64,000 nt of DNA. Source: Chrysomallon squamiferum. Taxonomy: Eukaryota; Animalia; Mollusca. Positions within the stretch are counted from its first letter, which is position 1, and each line of letters begins with the position of its first letter. The DNA lies in the NCBI GenBank assembly GCA_012295275.1, contig CM022674.1, positions 13,268,001-13,332,000 on the forward strand. Direction: 5' to 3'. Positions 1 to 51,500 of the stretch are shown here, piece by piece. The position numbers were made by a program, and so were the translations under genes. The notes under the pieces are model-generated. The model was given only the letters and a program-made list of their open reading frames with translations, did no database searches and had not been told where the DNA came from.

Positions 1-1265
1 ATTCTACACTAATGAAACCAGTAAACTGGATATAATAATAAAAAAATAAAAAAATTGTTTTGAATAACTCCTGTCTTGAACCAAATTATCTGCTGAAGTC
101 TTCTGACATCGGTCCATTTCAGGCATGCTTGAACATCAGTCTGATAGAAAACACTCACAAACACAGTAATTTTGTTTATCCCCCCCCTCTTCTTACAGCT
201 AGCTGGCTGGCTGTTCAATACTGAAAGTACAGAAACAAACTCAATTCATTTATTCACAAGGGATTTCATGTTATTTCCTCCTGAGTGACCACTGGTCAGT
301 CAATTTGTCTCTTGTCTGAGTTTATTGCTGTCTGAAGTCTCGTACAGTGTTGTCATAGTTTGGAATATCAGAGTGGAGCTGTTAGACTGGTAGATTCAGT
401 TCTGTTGTGAACCTGTCTTCAATTTCAGACCACTTCGTGTCAGAAATAGAGTTCAGACTAATTATACAAACTACTACAACCACTACAATTATACTGTTAC
501 AAAAAAAGCTATTATGCTGGTATTGTAATGACATTTATGAATAAGTCTCCAAGCTCCAAATATTTGCTGACATATGGAAATTATTAATTAAGCATTACCT
601 AAATCATTTTTCTTCCAATATGGTATTTTTTGGTTGCCAAAAACTAAAGCAGACATTGTTCAATTTAAGAATGCTTGTATATGCTTTATGCTACTGATAA
701 CCATTTAGTATAAAACTGATTTTATAATATTTCAAAATTATGTGCTAATCTCATTTGTTATTAGAAAGGAATTTTCAGTATGGATGTTTACTCAGATTAG
801 CATATAACATAATCTTTAATAAATCACTAATGGAGCACTTGTTGGAATGTGATATATATATAACAATGTGAACAATGACCTAATTCCACTTAAAAACCTA
901 CACACCATCTCTGACCACTTCTGTTTGATTATATTTATAATCATCATCTTAACAAGTCCACTTGGCAGAAATCTTACTGACCCAGAATTTGCAGCTGACC
1001 TTTGACCTGGTTTTTTTTCACTCTCCTCTCTTGGGAGGTAATTTCTTCTGCTATTGATCAAAGCTGGAGTCGGTTTCACTGCTGTGTGCCAGAGCCTGGA
1101 CAACAAGATGATGGAGAAATGGTTGACAGAATTCATTACATTTGCATGTGCATCATTATCAGAGGTTTGTTGTCCTGAGTTAAACAGTGTTGTGTGCGTT
1201 CAGAGTTTGGTTCCTTGATTAATAACATGGCTTCCAGAAGATAGAAAAATGATGAATATTAGTTG

Positions 1266-1440
1266 TGCAAAGATATAAAAATGAAAACAGTAAAATTAAA
1301 TATCTTGATGATATCTTTGCAAAGATATAAAAATGAAAACAGTAAAATTAAATATCTTGATGGTATCTTTGCAAAGATATAAAAATGAAAACAGTAAAAT
1401 TAAATATATTAATGGTATCTTTGCAAAAATATAAAAAAAA
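1266..1440. repeat. 52-bp tandem minisatellite (~3.3 copies, decaying to ~1640)
   Basis: tgcaaagatataaaaatgaaaacagtaaaattaaatatcttgatg recurs at 1266, 1318 and 1370. Confidence 0.9.
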
Positions 1441-2222
1441 TTAAAATAGTAAAATTAAATATAAAAATTAAAATAGTAAAATTAAATATATTTCCAATCT
1501 TTATAATAATGATAAAAAAAATTAAAATTAAATATATTGCTATCTTTCCAATAACATCAAAATTAAAATAGTAAAATTAAATATCTTGATTAAAAATAAA
1601 ACATAAAAATTAAATATGATTATCTTTCCAATAATGTTGATGGTGAAATTAAATACATTGATGTTAAATATTATCTTCAGTCACTATGAATTTGTTTATT
1701 TTTTTTTTTTATTTTTTGTTAGGAGGGTTTTAAACATACGTACACATTCCTGATCATCACATATTTTGTAAATATTTCATAATTAAACAGTAGTAATATT
1801 TGCCTGTCTGTTAACAAATGCTAATCTGCTGATAAATGTCAAATTTCCACAGCTAGGAAATGCCAACATTAAATATTTATTAATATAAAACAATATTTGC
1901 TTCCATTTGACTGACATCCAACATAATTTCCAAAGCAACAGAATATGAACTTAAGAATTAATTCTTTTGGCCTTAACGTTGTAGGAAATCAATTATTGAC
2001 AGATTTGATTAAGTCAACATGAGTATCAATATCAGCACTGGGTTGATATGTATGTATTGAACATTATTATTAGTTTTTTGATTAATTGATACTTTCTAAA
2101 GATACACATGTGCTGATATTAATGTTAAATGTGTATTAATAATAAACGACTGTTCTTATGATATCAGTTTTGTGATTGTCACAGAAGATTCAAAGTTATA
2201 CAAAAGACATTATTAATGTTAA

Positions 2223-2330
2223 GTGTGTGTGTGTGTATATGAGTCTGTGTGTGAGTGTGTATCTGTGTGTGTGTGTGTGTGTCTGTATGTGTGTGTGTCT
2301 GTGTGTGTGTGTGCAAGTGTGTGTCTGTGT

Positions 2331-2399
<69 letters not shown>

Positions 2400-2437
2400 A
2401 ATGTGTGTGTGTGTGTGTGTGTGTCTGTGTGTGTGTG
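2223..2437. repeat. (TG)n microsatellite; representative of dozens of (TG)n, (CT)n, (GA)n, (ATT)n and (ATTT)n tracts in the window
   Basis: Direct reading; others at e.g. 4326-4426, 12057-12157, 17918-18260, 26110-26237, 29158-29416, 32867-32997, 58622-58700. Confidence 0.97.
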
Positions 2438-4323
2438 TTTTTTTTTTTAACTGACACAGAATTTCCAAAGCTATACAAATGACCTCATTACCAATTTTTT
2501 GACTAACAAAGAATTCTCTTTAAAAAAAAACCCTGAAAAAAAAAAACAAAAAACAAATCTTGTTCTGAAAAAAAAGCAACAAACAAATTAAAAACAATTT
2601 CTGTTAAAAAAAAGAAAAAAGAAAAAAATATTTTTCTGAAAAAAAAAAAAAAAAATTTTTTCGTGGAGCCAGTATGGAGAATGTAGAAGATTATCTCCAC
2701 TGATTCTGTGGAGATGCTCTTGCAGGAACGAATCAACCCCACATTTTCTGTCTTTAACAAACACACAAGTCAGGACGTTGCTTGTTCTCAGTTCTTACAA
2801 ACATAATCAGAAGAGTCTTGAAAAAACACTCGATTGTGTATGAAAACGTACTGAATAAACACACTTCTGTTTTCTTGTGTGTGTGCGTCTTGCTACACAG
2901 ACTGGGTGGTTTTGTGCGAAATGCAGAAAATGTCAGACACACAGGGTGTAAATGTAATAAAGATTACACTTTATTTCACTGCTATGTTGCTTTTTAATAT
3001 TGTTTAGACACCGTCATTCAGTCTGTGTGTGTGTGTTTTGTTTCATTCTTTCTTTGTTTTCCTTTCTGTTTCTGTCTCATTCTGTCATTCTTTCATCATG
3101 TACTTGTGATTCTCTCTGTCTTTATTTTTATTTTTATTTTTTTTATTTTCCTTATTTTACTATGCCTTGTTTTTTCTTTTATCTTTCTATTCACTCATTC
3201 TCTTTCTATATTTCCATTTGTCTCTCTTTCACATATTTCATCTTTCATTCTCCCTTTTTTCCTCCCTCACCTTCATATATATATATACATATTTATATTT
3301 ATGATATATATACACATACATACATACATACACACACAGATAAATAGATAGATATCCTTTCCTCTCTTTCATCTCTCGCTCTCTCTCCATCTCTCTCTCT
3401 CTCTCTCTGTCTCCTTCATTTATCTCAATAACCATTTTCCTGTTTAATCACTAGATTTCAATCACAACATTTTCCTTTCAGTATCTTACACTTAAAATTG
3501 TTTCAATCATTTTTTTTTTTTTTAACGAAACTGCTGAAAACCATACGACTCTCTAATTTACCAGTTTCAAATGAACTGCAGATTCAGGAATACAGAGAGC
3601 AAGCTCGGGATAAACACACACTGATCTGTCAATGCTGTTCAGCTAGTTTCGCAGATCACTTTTTATTTCTCACTTTAATGATGTACAATTAAGCTGAATC
3701 TGCCTGCGAAACTGAGGTCGAAATTGCTGGGGTTTTTTTTTCTCTGAATCTAAATTGGTTGGTTAACCCTTTTGGTCGTGTTTTACGTTTCACACACAAG
3801 AATGGTTAAATCTGCACCAACTCATTTGCCATTTTTCTAACTGATGTGTAACATATTCAGCATTCAGGAGCCAGAGTTTTTATTACCATTGCCATCTGGT
3901 TATTTCCAGTTCCAACCAGTGTTCCATAAAGGGACATGGTGATGAAAAGTGTATATAGGATTGTTTGTTTGTCAGTCAGTGTTTTTCTTTAATCTTTTCC
4001 TCATTTTTTCTGTCTTCATATTTTTTCTTTCTCTTTATTTCATTTTCTTTGACTGCTTATCTTTCTATCTTTATTTTTCCCTTCCTTTTTCTCTCTGTCT
4101 TTGTCATGCTATCAAATCAGCTCTTTTTCTTATCCTAGGATCTCATCTCTCTGTCTTCCTCCTTTCTCTTTTTCTCTCTTTCTCTGTTTTCTTTCTCTCT
4201 TTCTCTCCCTCTTTCTCTCTCCCTCTTTCTCTTTCTCTCTTTCTCTTTCACTCTCTCTCTCCCTCCCTCTGTCACTTTCTTTGACTCTTTGTCTCTTCTT
4301 CTTCTCTCTCTCTCTCTCCCTAC

Positions 4324-4428
<105 letters not shown>

Positions 4429-5334
4429 ATTTCCCTCCCATTTCTCACCTCCATCTTACAGAATTTGGCAAATGACGAACATTTTTAACCACTTGAAAAT
4501 TTGGTGAAGATTTTTTCCCACGTAACATTTAGCATGGAGAATGATTGAAAAGACACAAGCAGACGTCAACCTGCACTGCATGTAACAACAATGGAAGACT
4601 CTGGCTTTGTGCTGGCTCCAGGAATAGGAATTCTGTTCATTCCTCCAGTTTAGGTGGGTTATGACTATTAATGTGTCTGCCAGATGAACAAATTCTTGCT
4701 GTCTTTAGACATATGGCTACTCATAAACTCACACTGTTTGTGAATCTACTGGTCTCTTGTTGTTATTATTCACTGTGCCAGTGTTTTTATATACAAGTCT
4801 GACTCCATCTTCTATTTCAGTCTTTGAGTGACACCCAGTAGCCAGATTTGTTTTTGTTAATTTTAGACAGTTATGTAAATAAATAAATAAATAAATAGTC
4901 TTTTTCTATCTTGGAGTTTCTTTCTGTTTCTGCCCTCCATATTTTTTCTTCTTTAAGAATTCTTTCCTCCCTAATTTTCGTATTTATTTTCATTTTTTAT
5001 TTTTTTGTCTCTGACTTTCTTTTTATTTTTCAGTTTCTCTCTCATTTTTTATGTTCTGGTGTTTGTTTCTGTCTGCTCATTTTGTTTGTTCAGTCTCTTA
5101 TTTAAAACTTTATTTTTATTTTTTCTATCACTAACTTTCTCATTCTCTCTTTTTCTTTTGTACTCTGTATATTTTTAAATCTTTTTCTTTCTATTTGTAT
5201 CTTCATTCCATTTGTATCTTTTTTATTTTTCTCCTTCTTTCTCTCATTCTCTCACCCCTGTCTTTCTTTATCTCTCTCCAATTTCTTTTTGTTCACTGTT
5301 CATAAACACCCCCACACACACACACAAATACACA

Positions 5335-5373
<39 letters not shown>

Positions 5374-5709
5374 ATGACACCTTTGCACTTAACCATACTG
5401 TTGAATAAAAAAAAAAACCATCAGGAAAATAAAGATATAAAAAGCTAATTTGTTGGGTTTTGGTTTTTTCTTTCTCTCTGTTTTGAAACTGAGACAAATA
5501 AAAACCTGATGATTTTTCAACATTACTTTGGCTCTTTACTTAATTGTTGTTTACACAAACAAGAGAGGAAGTGCATTTCCAGCTTCTTGTTTACACACAT
5601 GCAACACCTTTGTCTGACATCTACACCTTCATTGTGTGGATTCAACAGAGCAGAAGACTTACACTTAACTGTGTCTGTGTGTGTGTTTCAGTAGCTGGAG
5701 TAAACGTTC

Positions 5710-5741
<32 letters not shown>

Positions 5742-5781
5742 ATCTTTATCATTATTATTAATATTATAATTAGTATCATTC

Positions 5782-5818
<37 letters not shown>

Positions 5819-6022
5819 GTTATTATTATGATTATTTAATTATTATTATTATTATCATGATTAATATTTTCAATATTAATATTATAATCATTATGATTAT
5901 CATCATCATCATTATTATTGTTATGATTATTCTTCTTATTAATATTATCATTACTATTGTCATTATTATTATTTTATTATTTCTATTATTATTATCATTA
6001 TTGTTATTATCATTTTATTTTT

Positions 6023-6053
<31 letters not shown>

Positions 6054-6809
6054 TTATTATTATTATTATTTAATGTAATCTATTAATATACTGTTTATTA
6101 TTAGTAGCATTGAATTATTGTTGCTACTGTTATTTGTTATTGTTACAACTGCTATTGTATTTCTTATTTCTATTAATAGTGTTCTTGTTATTATAGCTAT
6201 TATTATAATTACATTTTTGTTATTACTGTTGTTATTATTTTGATTATTATTATTATTGTTGTTGTAATAATTATTGTTGTTCGTGTTTTTATTGTAACAT
6301 TATTACTGTTGTTGGTGGTGGTGTTGTTGTTGTTGTTGCTGTTGTTGTTATTGTCATCATCATCGTCATCATCATCATTATTTTATGATTATTTTTTCTT
6401 CTTCTTCTGTGGTAATAGTAATACTAGCAGTAGCAGTAGTAGTCATAGTAGTAGATGTAGTAAAAACTTATCAGAAACACTAATACTAATATCTGCGTTA
6501 CTAGCTTTAGAGAAAAGTTTCAAAACTGCAGTGCAGCTCATAAACAGTCGAACATGCAGCATTTTAAAACAGAATATTCTCGTGTTAACTGGAGCGTGAA
6601 GATATCTAAACATTGTCAATTATTTATTGAATAATCAACAGACTGTGAAGTGGTTACATCTGCATCTGGTTTCACTTGATCTGAGATTAGCACAGAAATG
6701 TAATCACTGAACCAGAAACTGTGGCAGGGTATCACAAACACAAATAAATAATGAAACACACAAACTGACACACAGACACAGTTGAGTGGTTGGGAATCCA
6801 GATGAAAGA

Positions 6810-6840
<31 letters not shown>

Positions 6841-8295
6841 TTGATTTCGATGGTTTTGTTAAATTTAATGTTTTTGTTGTTTAAGTTCAGTTTGTGAATT
6901 GGATTAGATCAGATTTAGCATGTGAGCTGATTTGTTCACAAACTGACATGTAAATAATACACAGATATGTGTACCTACATATGTAGATACGTAGATAGAC
7001 ACACATGATGTACAATATATACAAAGATGTTTATTATGCATATGTATTGGACACACACACACGCGCACACATGCAGACATGCACACACACACACACACAC
7101 ATACACACACACATACACACACACATGCACTCGTATACATTCACATACATTTGAAGTATTTATTCAAATAGATTATATTTGGAGAAATAATATTTGATGT
7201 ATATCTAAAGAAAAAAACAAAATCTGAACTGAATTGCCCTTTGTTTTATGTTTAACCATTTTGTTTTGTTATCAAAACATTTATGTTCAGTTTTCTTTTT
7301 TTTATTCTTCCTTTTTCTCTAATTCTTGTTTTTTTTTTTTTTTTTTTTTCTTTTATCTTTGTTTCTTACCATTTTTCTTTTTTTCTTTCCTTCTTCTTTG
7401 TTTCTTATCTGCTTTCCTTGGTGCTTCTTTCTTTCATTTCTTCTACTTTCTGTCTTTCTTTGTCATTTCTTTTATTTATTCCGTTATTTTTTATCTTTAA
7501 AACTTTTCTTTAAGCAGTATTAATTTTCTTGAATTTGTTTAAATTCCTTCTACATGTAACAGACATAAAATAGATTTATTTTTTTTCATGGTTTTATTTA
7601 TCTTAATTTATTTAATATTTATTTATTTATTATTTCATATATTAAGTTTTTTCAGTTTATTTATTTTAAATTTTTTTGATTTATTGATTTATTTAATCAT
7701 TTAATCTAATTTCATTGAATTTATTTTTTTGTTTTTATTAATTTTATTTAATTTAAATTTAATTTAATTTATTTATTTATTTATTTATTTATTTAGTTTT
7801 TCATTTATTTATATATTTATTTATTTTAATTTTTTTATTTATTTATCCATTTATCTATTCATTCATTCATTCAATATGCTTTAAGCTACACTAACTTTCT
7901 TCCATCCCCTTTCTTGTTTTACTTTCCTTGTGTTTAAAAATGTTTCTACTTGCAAGCTAAGAAATAAAACAGATCTATTTTACACAGCTCCTTTCTGCTT
8001 AACAAACCTGGCACCAAACTCCACATCCAGCTCTTTCTAAACTGCATTATAGACTTTGCTGACTGCTACAAAGTACATACAGTGGTTACTGCTGTTATAT
8101 AATTTTCTGTGTGTAGTAAATATGTTAATTAGGGGTAATAACGATGGTAATGAAGTAAAGTAAACTTGGTTATTAACTGAACTAAACAGTAATTAGACGT
8201 GTAAATGTTACATTTATGTAACAGTGCAGAGTGCATTTGGTAAGACTAAGATGAAATCAGCGTTCATGACAGATTGGTGAAATTAAACTGATTTA

Positions 8296-8344
<49 letters not shown>

Positions 8345-8734
8345 CTCTCTCTCTCTCTCTCTCTGTCTGTCCTACTGTTTCTGTTTCCTTCTTTCTCCTA
8401 TTTCTGTCTATTTGTATCTCTTTCTTTCTTTCTTTCTCTGCAGATATCTTCTATTCTTATCTTTTTCTCTCTTTCTCCTTTGTCCTGTTTCTGTTTCCTT
8501 TTTTCTTCTTTCTTGTTTTCTGTCTTTTTGTATTGTTCATTTGAGTTTCTCTTTTCTTTCTTTCTTCTTTCTATTCTTATCCCTCATTTTTCCTTTGTCC
8601 TTACCTTCTCTTTTTCTTTTTTCTTCCTTTTCCCTGTTTCTTTGTCTCTTTATTTCTGTTTATATTCTCTTTTCTTTCTCTGTGTGTCTCTCTCTCTCAT
8701 CTTTTTCTCTGTTTTCTGTCTCTCTCTTTCTCTC

Positions 8735-8834
<100 letters not shown>

Positions 8835-9357
8835 CTCAGTAAATATTACATACATGAGTATATACACATATCCTTGACTGACAGCTTCATTACAGTATTT
8901 ATTTATAAACCAACATGCTGTAGTATTAACGAAGTTATTCAGACACTTACACATCTGAACTCGCCTACAGAAATTCCGTAGTATTACGACACATTCAATG
9001 CATGTGAAATGGAGAGCGGGACTGTGCAGTGTTTACTGCAGCAGACATTTCAGCTTGTTCTGTGAAACTGCAGCAGTGTGCAGGCATCCCAGGATCACTT
9101 TGGTGGAGCACTTTGAGCTGCTGAATATTAAAGTGACATCAGTGGCAGAGAAGACACATGGAAGTCATTTGCTTCTACAATTAATTGACCAGTGATAGAG
9201 GGACACTCCCAGTGGGTCCATTATCGGGGTTTGAACCTGTGTCCAGGGATCAGATAAACTAGTTAAATTCCCTAGAAAGAACTCTAAATGATCGTTGGAT
9301 AATAGTAGTATTAATTTTTTTTTTTATTATTTAACTCTCTCTCTCCCTCTCTCTCTG

Positions 9358-9494
<137 letters not shown>

Positions 9495-9750
9495 CTATCT
9501 CATTCTTTCTTTTTTGTTTTCTCTTTACTGATTTTTCTGTATCATTCTCCTGTTTCTCTGTCTGACTTGTTGTCTGTCTGGTAAAATCTCTCACTTCAAA
9601 AAGAAAATGTTTTATCTTTTTTTCTGTTTTCTGTTATTTATACTCCACCATTGTCTCTATATTGTTTATATCTTATCATCTTTTCTTTAGTTCTTTTTTC
9701 TTTCTGTCTATCTCCACCTTTTCATACATACCTCTATTATCCTTCCATTT

Positions 9751-9843
<93 letters not shown>

Positions 9844-10039
9844 CTCAATCTCTTACATTCATAACAGAAAACAAAAGAAAAGTCCATGACAAACGATCAG
9901 ATAACAATATGTATTTGGTTGATGACAGTTTTTAAATATTTATTTCATAACTAAATCAACCAAATTCTATGCAACTGACCAAAAGCATGCCCCTACATTA
10001 AAAGTATAGATTCTCAGTGATCAACATTTAGTAGAACAA

Positions 10040-11285
10040 TTACTCTAGCTATACTTAGAATGGTTATTGGTATAAATACTGGTTTACTGTACTAAGAATA
10101 GATACCAATATAAATACTAGCATATTATGACTAATGTATACTCTACCTAATTGGCACAGTATATTCTTAGGATAAACATTTGTTTATCATTAGTATATTT
10201 ATTCTTCTAACTGATTTCAGTGAAAGTGTAAGCAGGCTCAATAAAGAATGATTTGTATAATAAATACTAGCATGTTGTAAGTAATATATTCTCTACCTTG
10301 TTAGTAGAATATTCTCCTTTATATAAATATTGGATTATTATACTAAAAATATAATATATTTATATTCTTACCTTGTGTCAATAAAAATTATACCTTCAAT
10401 GATCTATGATTAATATAATAAATACTAGAATAAATACTATTATATGTAGTGTATGCTCTACTAGTTAGTAGAATATATACTTACATAAATATTGGTTTAT
10501 TGTTAGTAAATTTTTATTGATGCCTTCTGTTAATGGAAAGCATAGGTTCACTGACCTATAAATACTAACATAAATACTAGTATATTATAACTAATATATA
10601 CACTACCTAGTTAGTAGAATATATACCAGTTTAAAAACACTAGATTTTATAAGTAAACATAGTAAAAATATTTGTTTATTATTAGTATACTTATACTACA
10701 TCAGTAGAAAATATAGTTTCAGTATAATTATATCTAATATAAATATTGGTTTATCATTGTATGTTAAAATCAAATCATATTCTACCTAGTAAGCAGAATA
10801 TATACCTAATGTACATGTTGGTTTATTAGTAGTATATTTATGTCCCTACCTCATATCAATAGAAAGTATAGTTTCAATAAAATTATATCCTAGCATATTA
10901 TAACTAAAGTATAATCTACCTAGTTAGTAGAATATATACCAATATAAATATTGGCTTATTATTAGTATATTTATATCCAAGCATACTCTACCTAGTTAAT
11001 AGGATATATATACCTAATATAAATATTGGTTTATATATATCCTAGTATACTCTACCTAGTTAGTAGGATATATATATCTAATATACATATTGGTTTATTA
11101 TTAGTATGTTATAATCAAATCATACCCTACCTAGTTAGTGGAATATATACTAATATACATATTGGTTTATTATTAGTATGTTATAATCAAATCATACTGT
11201 ACCTAGTTAGTGGAATATATACCTAATATACATATTGGTTTATTATTAGTATGTTATAATAGTATTAGAATTTTTTATATTATTT

Positions 11286-11344
<59 letters not shown>

Positions 11345-11580
11345 CCTAGTTATATACTCTACCTAGTTAGTAGAATATATACTAATATACATATTGGTTT
11401 ATTATTAGTATGTTATAATCAAATCATACTGTACCTAGTTAGTGGAATATATACCTAATATATATATTGGTTTATTAGTAGTATGTTATAATCAAATCAT
11501 ACTCTACCTAGTAAGTAGAATATATACCTAATATACATTTAGTATTAGTATGTTTATGCTGGTACCTCCTGTCAATAGAA
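10040..11580. repeat. Degenerate ~70-bp tandem satellite (tactctacctagttagtagaatatatacctaatatacatattggtttattattagtatg...)
   Basis: Many copies, best conserved at 11040-11560; interrupted by (CT)n at 11288-11341. Confidence 0.9.
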
Positions 11581-11936
11581 AGTGTAGCAGTCTAAGCTGC
11601 ATGGAATCTCTACACAAAACTACAGAGCTGGCTTGAACACTGCTGTTTAAGCCTGGAACTCAAAGACTGTCAGATCTGGTGTCCAATCAATAAGTGCTTA
11701 CTGGGGCTAGGCAACACTGCGAAACTCCTGTATATGTGAGTGTGTGTGAGTGAGGTTTTTTTTCACTTCTTTCTTGTTTTTCCCCTGTTAACGTTCTGCG
11801 TAAAGCTTCGATGTATGAATGACTGAACAGTGGATGATATCGCCGCTGCTGCTGCTGCTGCTGTTGGTTTTGCGAGTGTTTTGTGGCGAGGTTGTGTGTT
11901 AGAACTGAGCGAGATGGACTAGATAGTTTGTATCTC

Positions 11937-47783
<35,847 letters not shown>

Positions 47784-48507
47784 TTTTTCGATGTTTGGAT
47801 GACATTCCTTTTATTGATTTGTTTTTTTAGTTTTTTTTTTAATCTGAATTATTTTGGATTACCATGGAAACCAGGAGCACTGTTTCAATCTAGGATGGAT
47901 ATTACAAGAAAAAACAATTATTTTGATATTTCAGTTTAGTATATTTTTCAATATTATTAATTGTTCAGATTAATTTTCTAGAATATTCAAATTCTTAGGT
48001 TAATGAATGATATAGCCATCAGGTCTTTTTGTACAAAGAGGCAAAAAAACTATTAAAAAAAACCAAAAAAAAACCCTGTTCTCTAATTTTGATAAAAAAA
48101 AACTAAATAGATTTGATTTACCTGTATATTAGAAAAAATAAACAAAAAAAAAAGAAGTAAAAAAGTAAATTTCTCATCCAGTGTTAGTATAGCTCATTTT
48201 GCTAGATAGGGTCACAGATTTTTAATTTTGATTAATTCATATAGAAAACATTTACTGTGATTATGAAAAAAAAATGTGACCTTATCAGTCTCAATCTCAG
48301 CTCATTCTGATAAATAGAACATATGATATAGATATGATTTACATTTGGAAAAATAAAAATGTTATTTATCTTCTTAATATCAATGCAACTCATTTTGGCA
48401 GACAGGGTCATATATTTTCACACTAATTTTCATTAAAACCTACATGGATAATGTTTACTGTAGAGCTTTAAAAAAATGAATAATAAATAAATAAATAAAT
48501 AAATAAA

Positions 48508-48543
<36 letters not shown>

Positions 48544-51500
48544 TAATAATAGTAATAATAATAATAATAATAAATAAATATTAACAGTAAGAATAATAAA
48601 TAAATAAATAAATAAATAAATAATAATAGTAATAAATAAATAAAATAATAAAAAAATCAGTACAGCTCATTTTAGCAGGTAGGGTCACACATACCTCACT
48701 GCATGATAATCAGATGGTTGTTTAGGAAATTTTCTATTCTTGCCTCTTATTTGTTGGAACTTGGAGAACCTGGGTTTCTTTATTTTTTCTGTTTTCACTA
48801 CCAAACTATGCATGTCAGCACTCTTGAATAATTTATTTTTTAAAATTTATTTTATAAAGTATTATTAGCTGTAGATCATTTTTACAAAGCGCCATTTTTA
48901 AATTTTACCCCCTTATTTTTTTTCTTCACATATTTACTCTTTTTGCTATTTTAACTTACATTTTTTTTTTAAAGTAATGTATTTAGTAAAGACAGATGAT
49001 CAGGGACCCATGAATAGATATGGGTCCCATAGGGCTGGAATCTGGGGCAGTTTTTTTGCTCCTTAAGGAATGTAGGAGCAGATACCTTCGTAGGAGCCCA
49101 GGAGGCAAATCCCAAAACCCAAAGGAGCATCAGAATTTTAGAAATTTCATGTTACCTGAACAGATGGGTCTTTCTAAGAAACAGACAACTTGAAATGTCT
49201 AAATGTAGGTCTCTTTGGCAGAGATCAAAATCCAGGTTCATCTAATATATAAATTGTATAGTAATTGGTTCCTCTATGGGTCTATTGGCATCTCAGTATT
49301 TTATGTTGAGTATCAACAGCATAAAATTAAGTAAACTATATTCTACTTTATTCATTCAATTAATGGTTCAAAAGAAAATTTATAGTGGTAATTTTGGTCA
49401 AACTGTAGTGCTATTAAAATCACATTTTTCCAAATGATATAGAATGATATTTTTTGGTCTCATTATGTATTTAATACTGTTATTACACACTGCTGATCTT
49501 GATAAACTGGTAAAAGTATTAACCATACTGACTGACATTGTATTTATTGATGTACTAGTTGATATGTAAAGGACAAAGAACAGAGTGGATTTTTAAAGTG
49601 TCGTTTATTAAAAACATGGTTTTCTGATCTGCTGCTTCTGAAGAGAAAATATTAATTTTGTCCTTTTTGTGTATTAAATTGTATTTTACTATTTATTTAT
49701 TTATTTATTAATTTATTTTAGTAAATATTTATTATAATATATAATGTCTGAAAACTGTGTACTACTGTGTCTATTGATTATTTGTTAAAATGAAATGTTA
49801 GTTAAGTAAAATTAAAAGAAAATATATTTTAAATATATTAACAGACTGAATGCTGCTTATTGATCATTATATTGTGTAGTTTTAGTTGTGATATCATGAA
49901 TATTATTAATTTTTAAAATGCTCAGTCCTAAAAAGGTAATAATATACAGTACATACATATATATATGCATAACCCTGTCTTATCTGTTTTCAGTAATTAA
50001 AATTATTAACTATTATATTATTTCTCATTTTTAGCTTGAAATTACATTACTTAGTAAAATATTTAAAAGGTAATATCTGTTGTATATTAAATATATGTAC
50101 TATATTGCATAGTAAGTCTTTCATTTTTTTTTTGTCCTATGGTAGAATACTTTCTGTTGTCAGTATTTTAATCCAGATGTATCAGTCAGTGAAATGTTGT
50201 AGATACATCTAAGAATGTATCCTTAACTCTGAGGATAAAGTCAGATTTCTCAAGGTATACACCCTGATATAAAATGGTCTGTATCTTCAACAAAAAGGGG
50301 GTTTTGTCTTCAATTTATCCACAAAACTCATAGGATTTAGTCCTTGGATTATGTCACTGATTCAGCTTAAAGCACAATACAGTTATTGTCATAAGATTCC
50401 CCCCTCCACCCCCAAATTTAACCATTACCAGTCAAAAATCTATTGTACCAGTATTTTAAATAAAATAAAAAATAAACACTTTCAGATTTTTACTCTTTTT
50501 ATAGGGTTTTCAAATTCACAAAAAAAAGGAAGTATGCTTTGAAATAGTTAATATTAATAATGACAGTGGGAGAGTATTGCCTTGTCTTAACCCAGTTTTT
50601 TTTAAATTTAGAATTCCATGTTGTTCACACATTTCTAGATGGTTACAAAATCTTGTGTCCAGTCTTTATGCAATCTGTTACTGTGTACATTAAATAAATC
50701 TGTAAGTTTATGTTGCTGAATCGTCATGGTAGATGTTACAGTTAATATTCACAGATGATAATTTTTGGCAGTTTCCAGATATCTGGTATTCATTGCTGTC
50801 AAAACAAAATAAAAACAATAAAGATAACAATAAAGATAACAATAAAATAAAAAATAAATAAAAATAATAATAAAAAAAAAAAAAAAAAAAATAATATGAA
50901 TATGAATATGAATAATGATGGTGAATAATTTAGAAAAATGCTATTCTATTGTTTAAGTTTCAACATAGCTCATTTTTTTTTCTTGAGATCAAAATTATTT
51001 CCAGTTTTGAAAAATGGAGCTCATGTGTGAATGTTACTGTCCAATTAATTTACTTATCAGTGTTAAACAGGTCTTTATTATAATTATTTGCTGCAGTGAT
51101 TTCACTAAATCCTTCATCTGTTATTGTATATCAGAAAACTGTGTACTGTATGCTGCAGTATTAGCTAAGGATATATTATTTGTTAAACAGAACTTTCCAA
51201 ATGTGATGCAGTATGCATTGAAATACACTGATTTATTTCTTCAGTCATTTAACAAAAGTTTGGTTTCTACTTCAGTTAGAGTAGTCTATCATTGTTGTTG
51301 TTTATATTTAGTACAATTATAATATTACCTGCTGTAGTTATAATAATAGATTTCTTGGTCCATTATTGTATGTCTTGAATGAAATTTATATACTGCCATA
51401 ATTTTTATTGATTATGTTTAATCCATTGTTATATTTCTTAAATTTTAAAAACTTTAAATGCCGCAGTCAAAATTATCAAATTTTGTGATCAGAGATGTAA

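Noticed and set aside
1000-1083. GGGAG|GTAATT as the donor of another Kv-beta first exon
   Set aside because: The phase-2 frame has a TGA about 11 codons upstream with no ATG in between.
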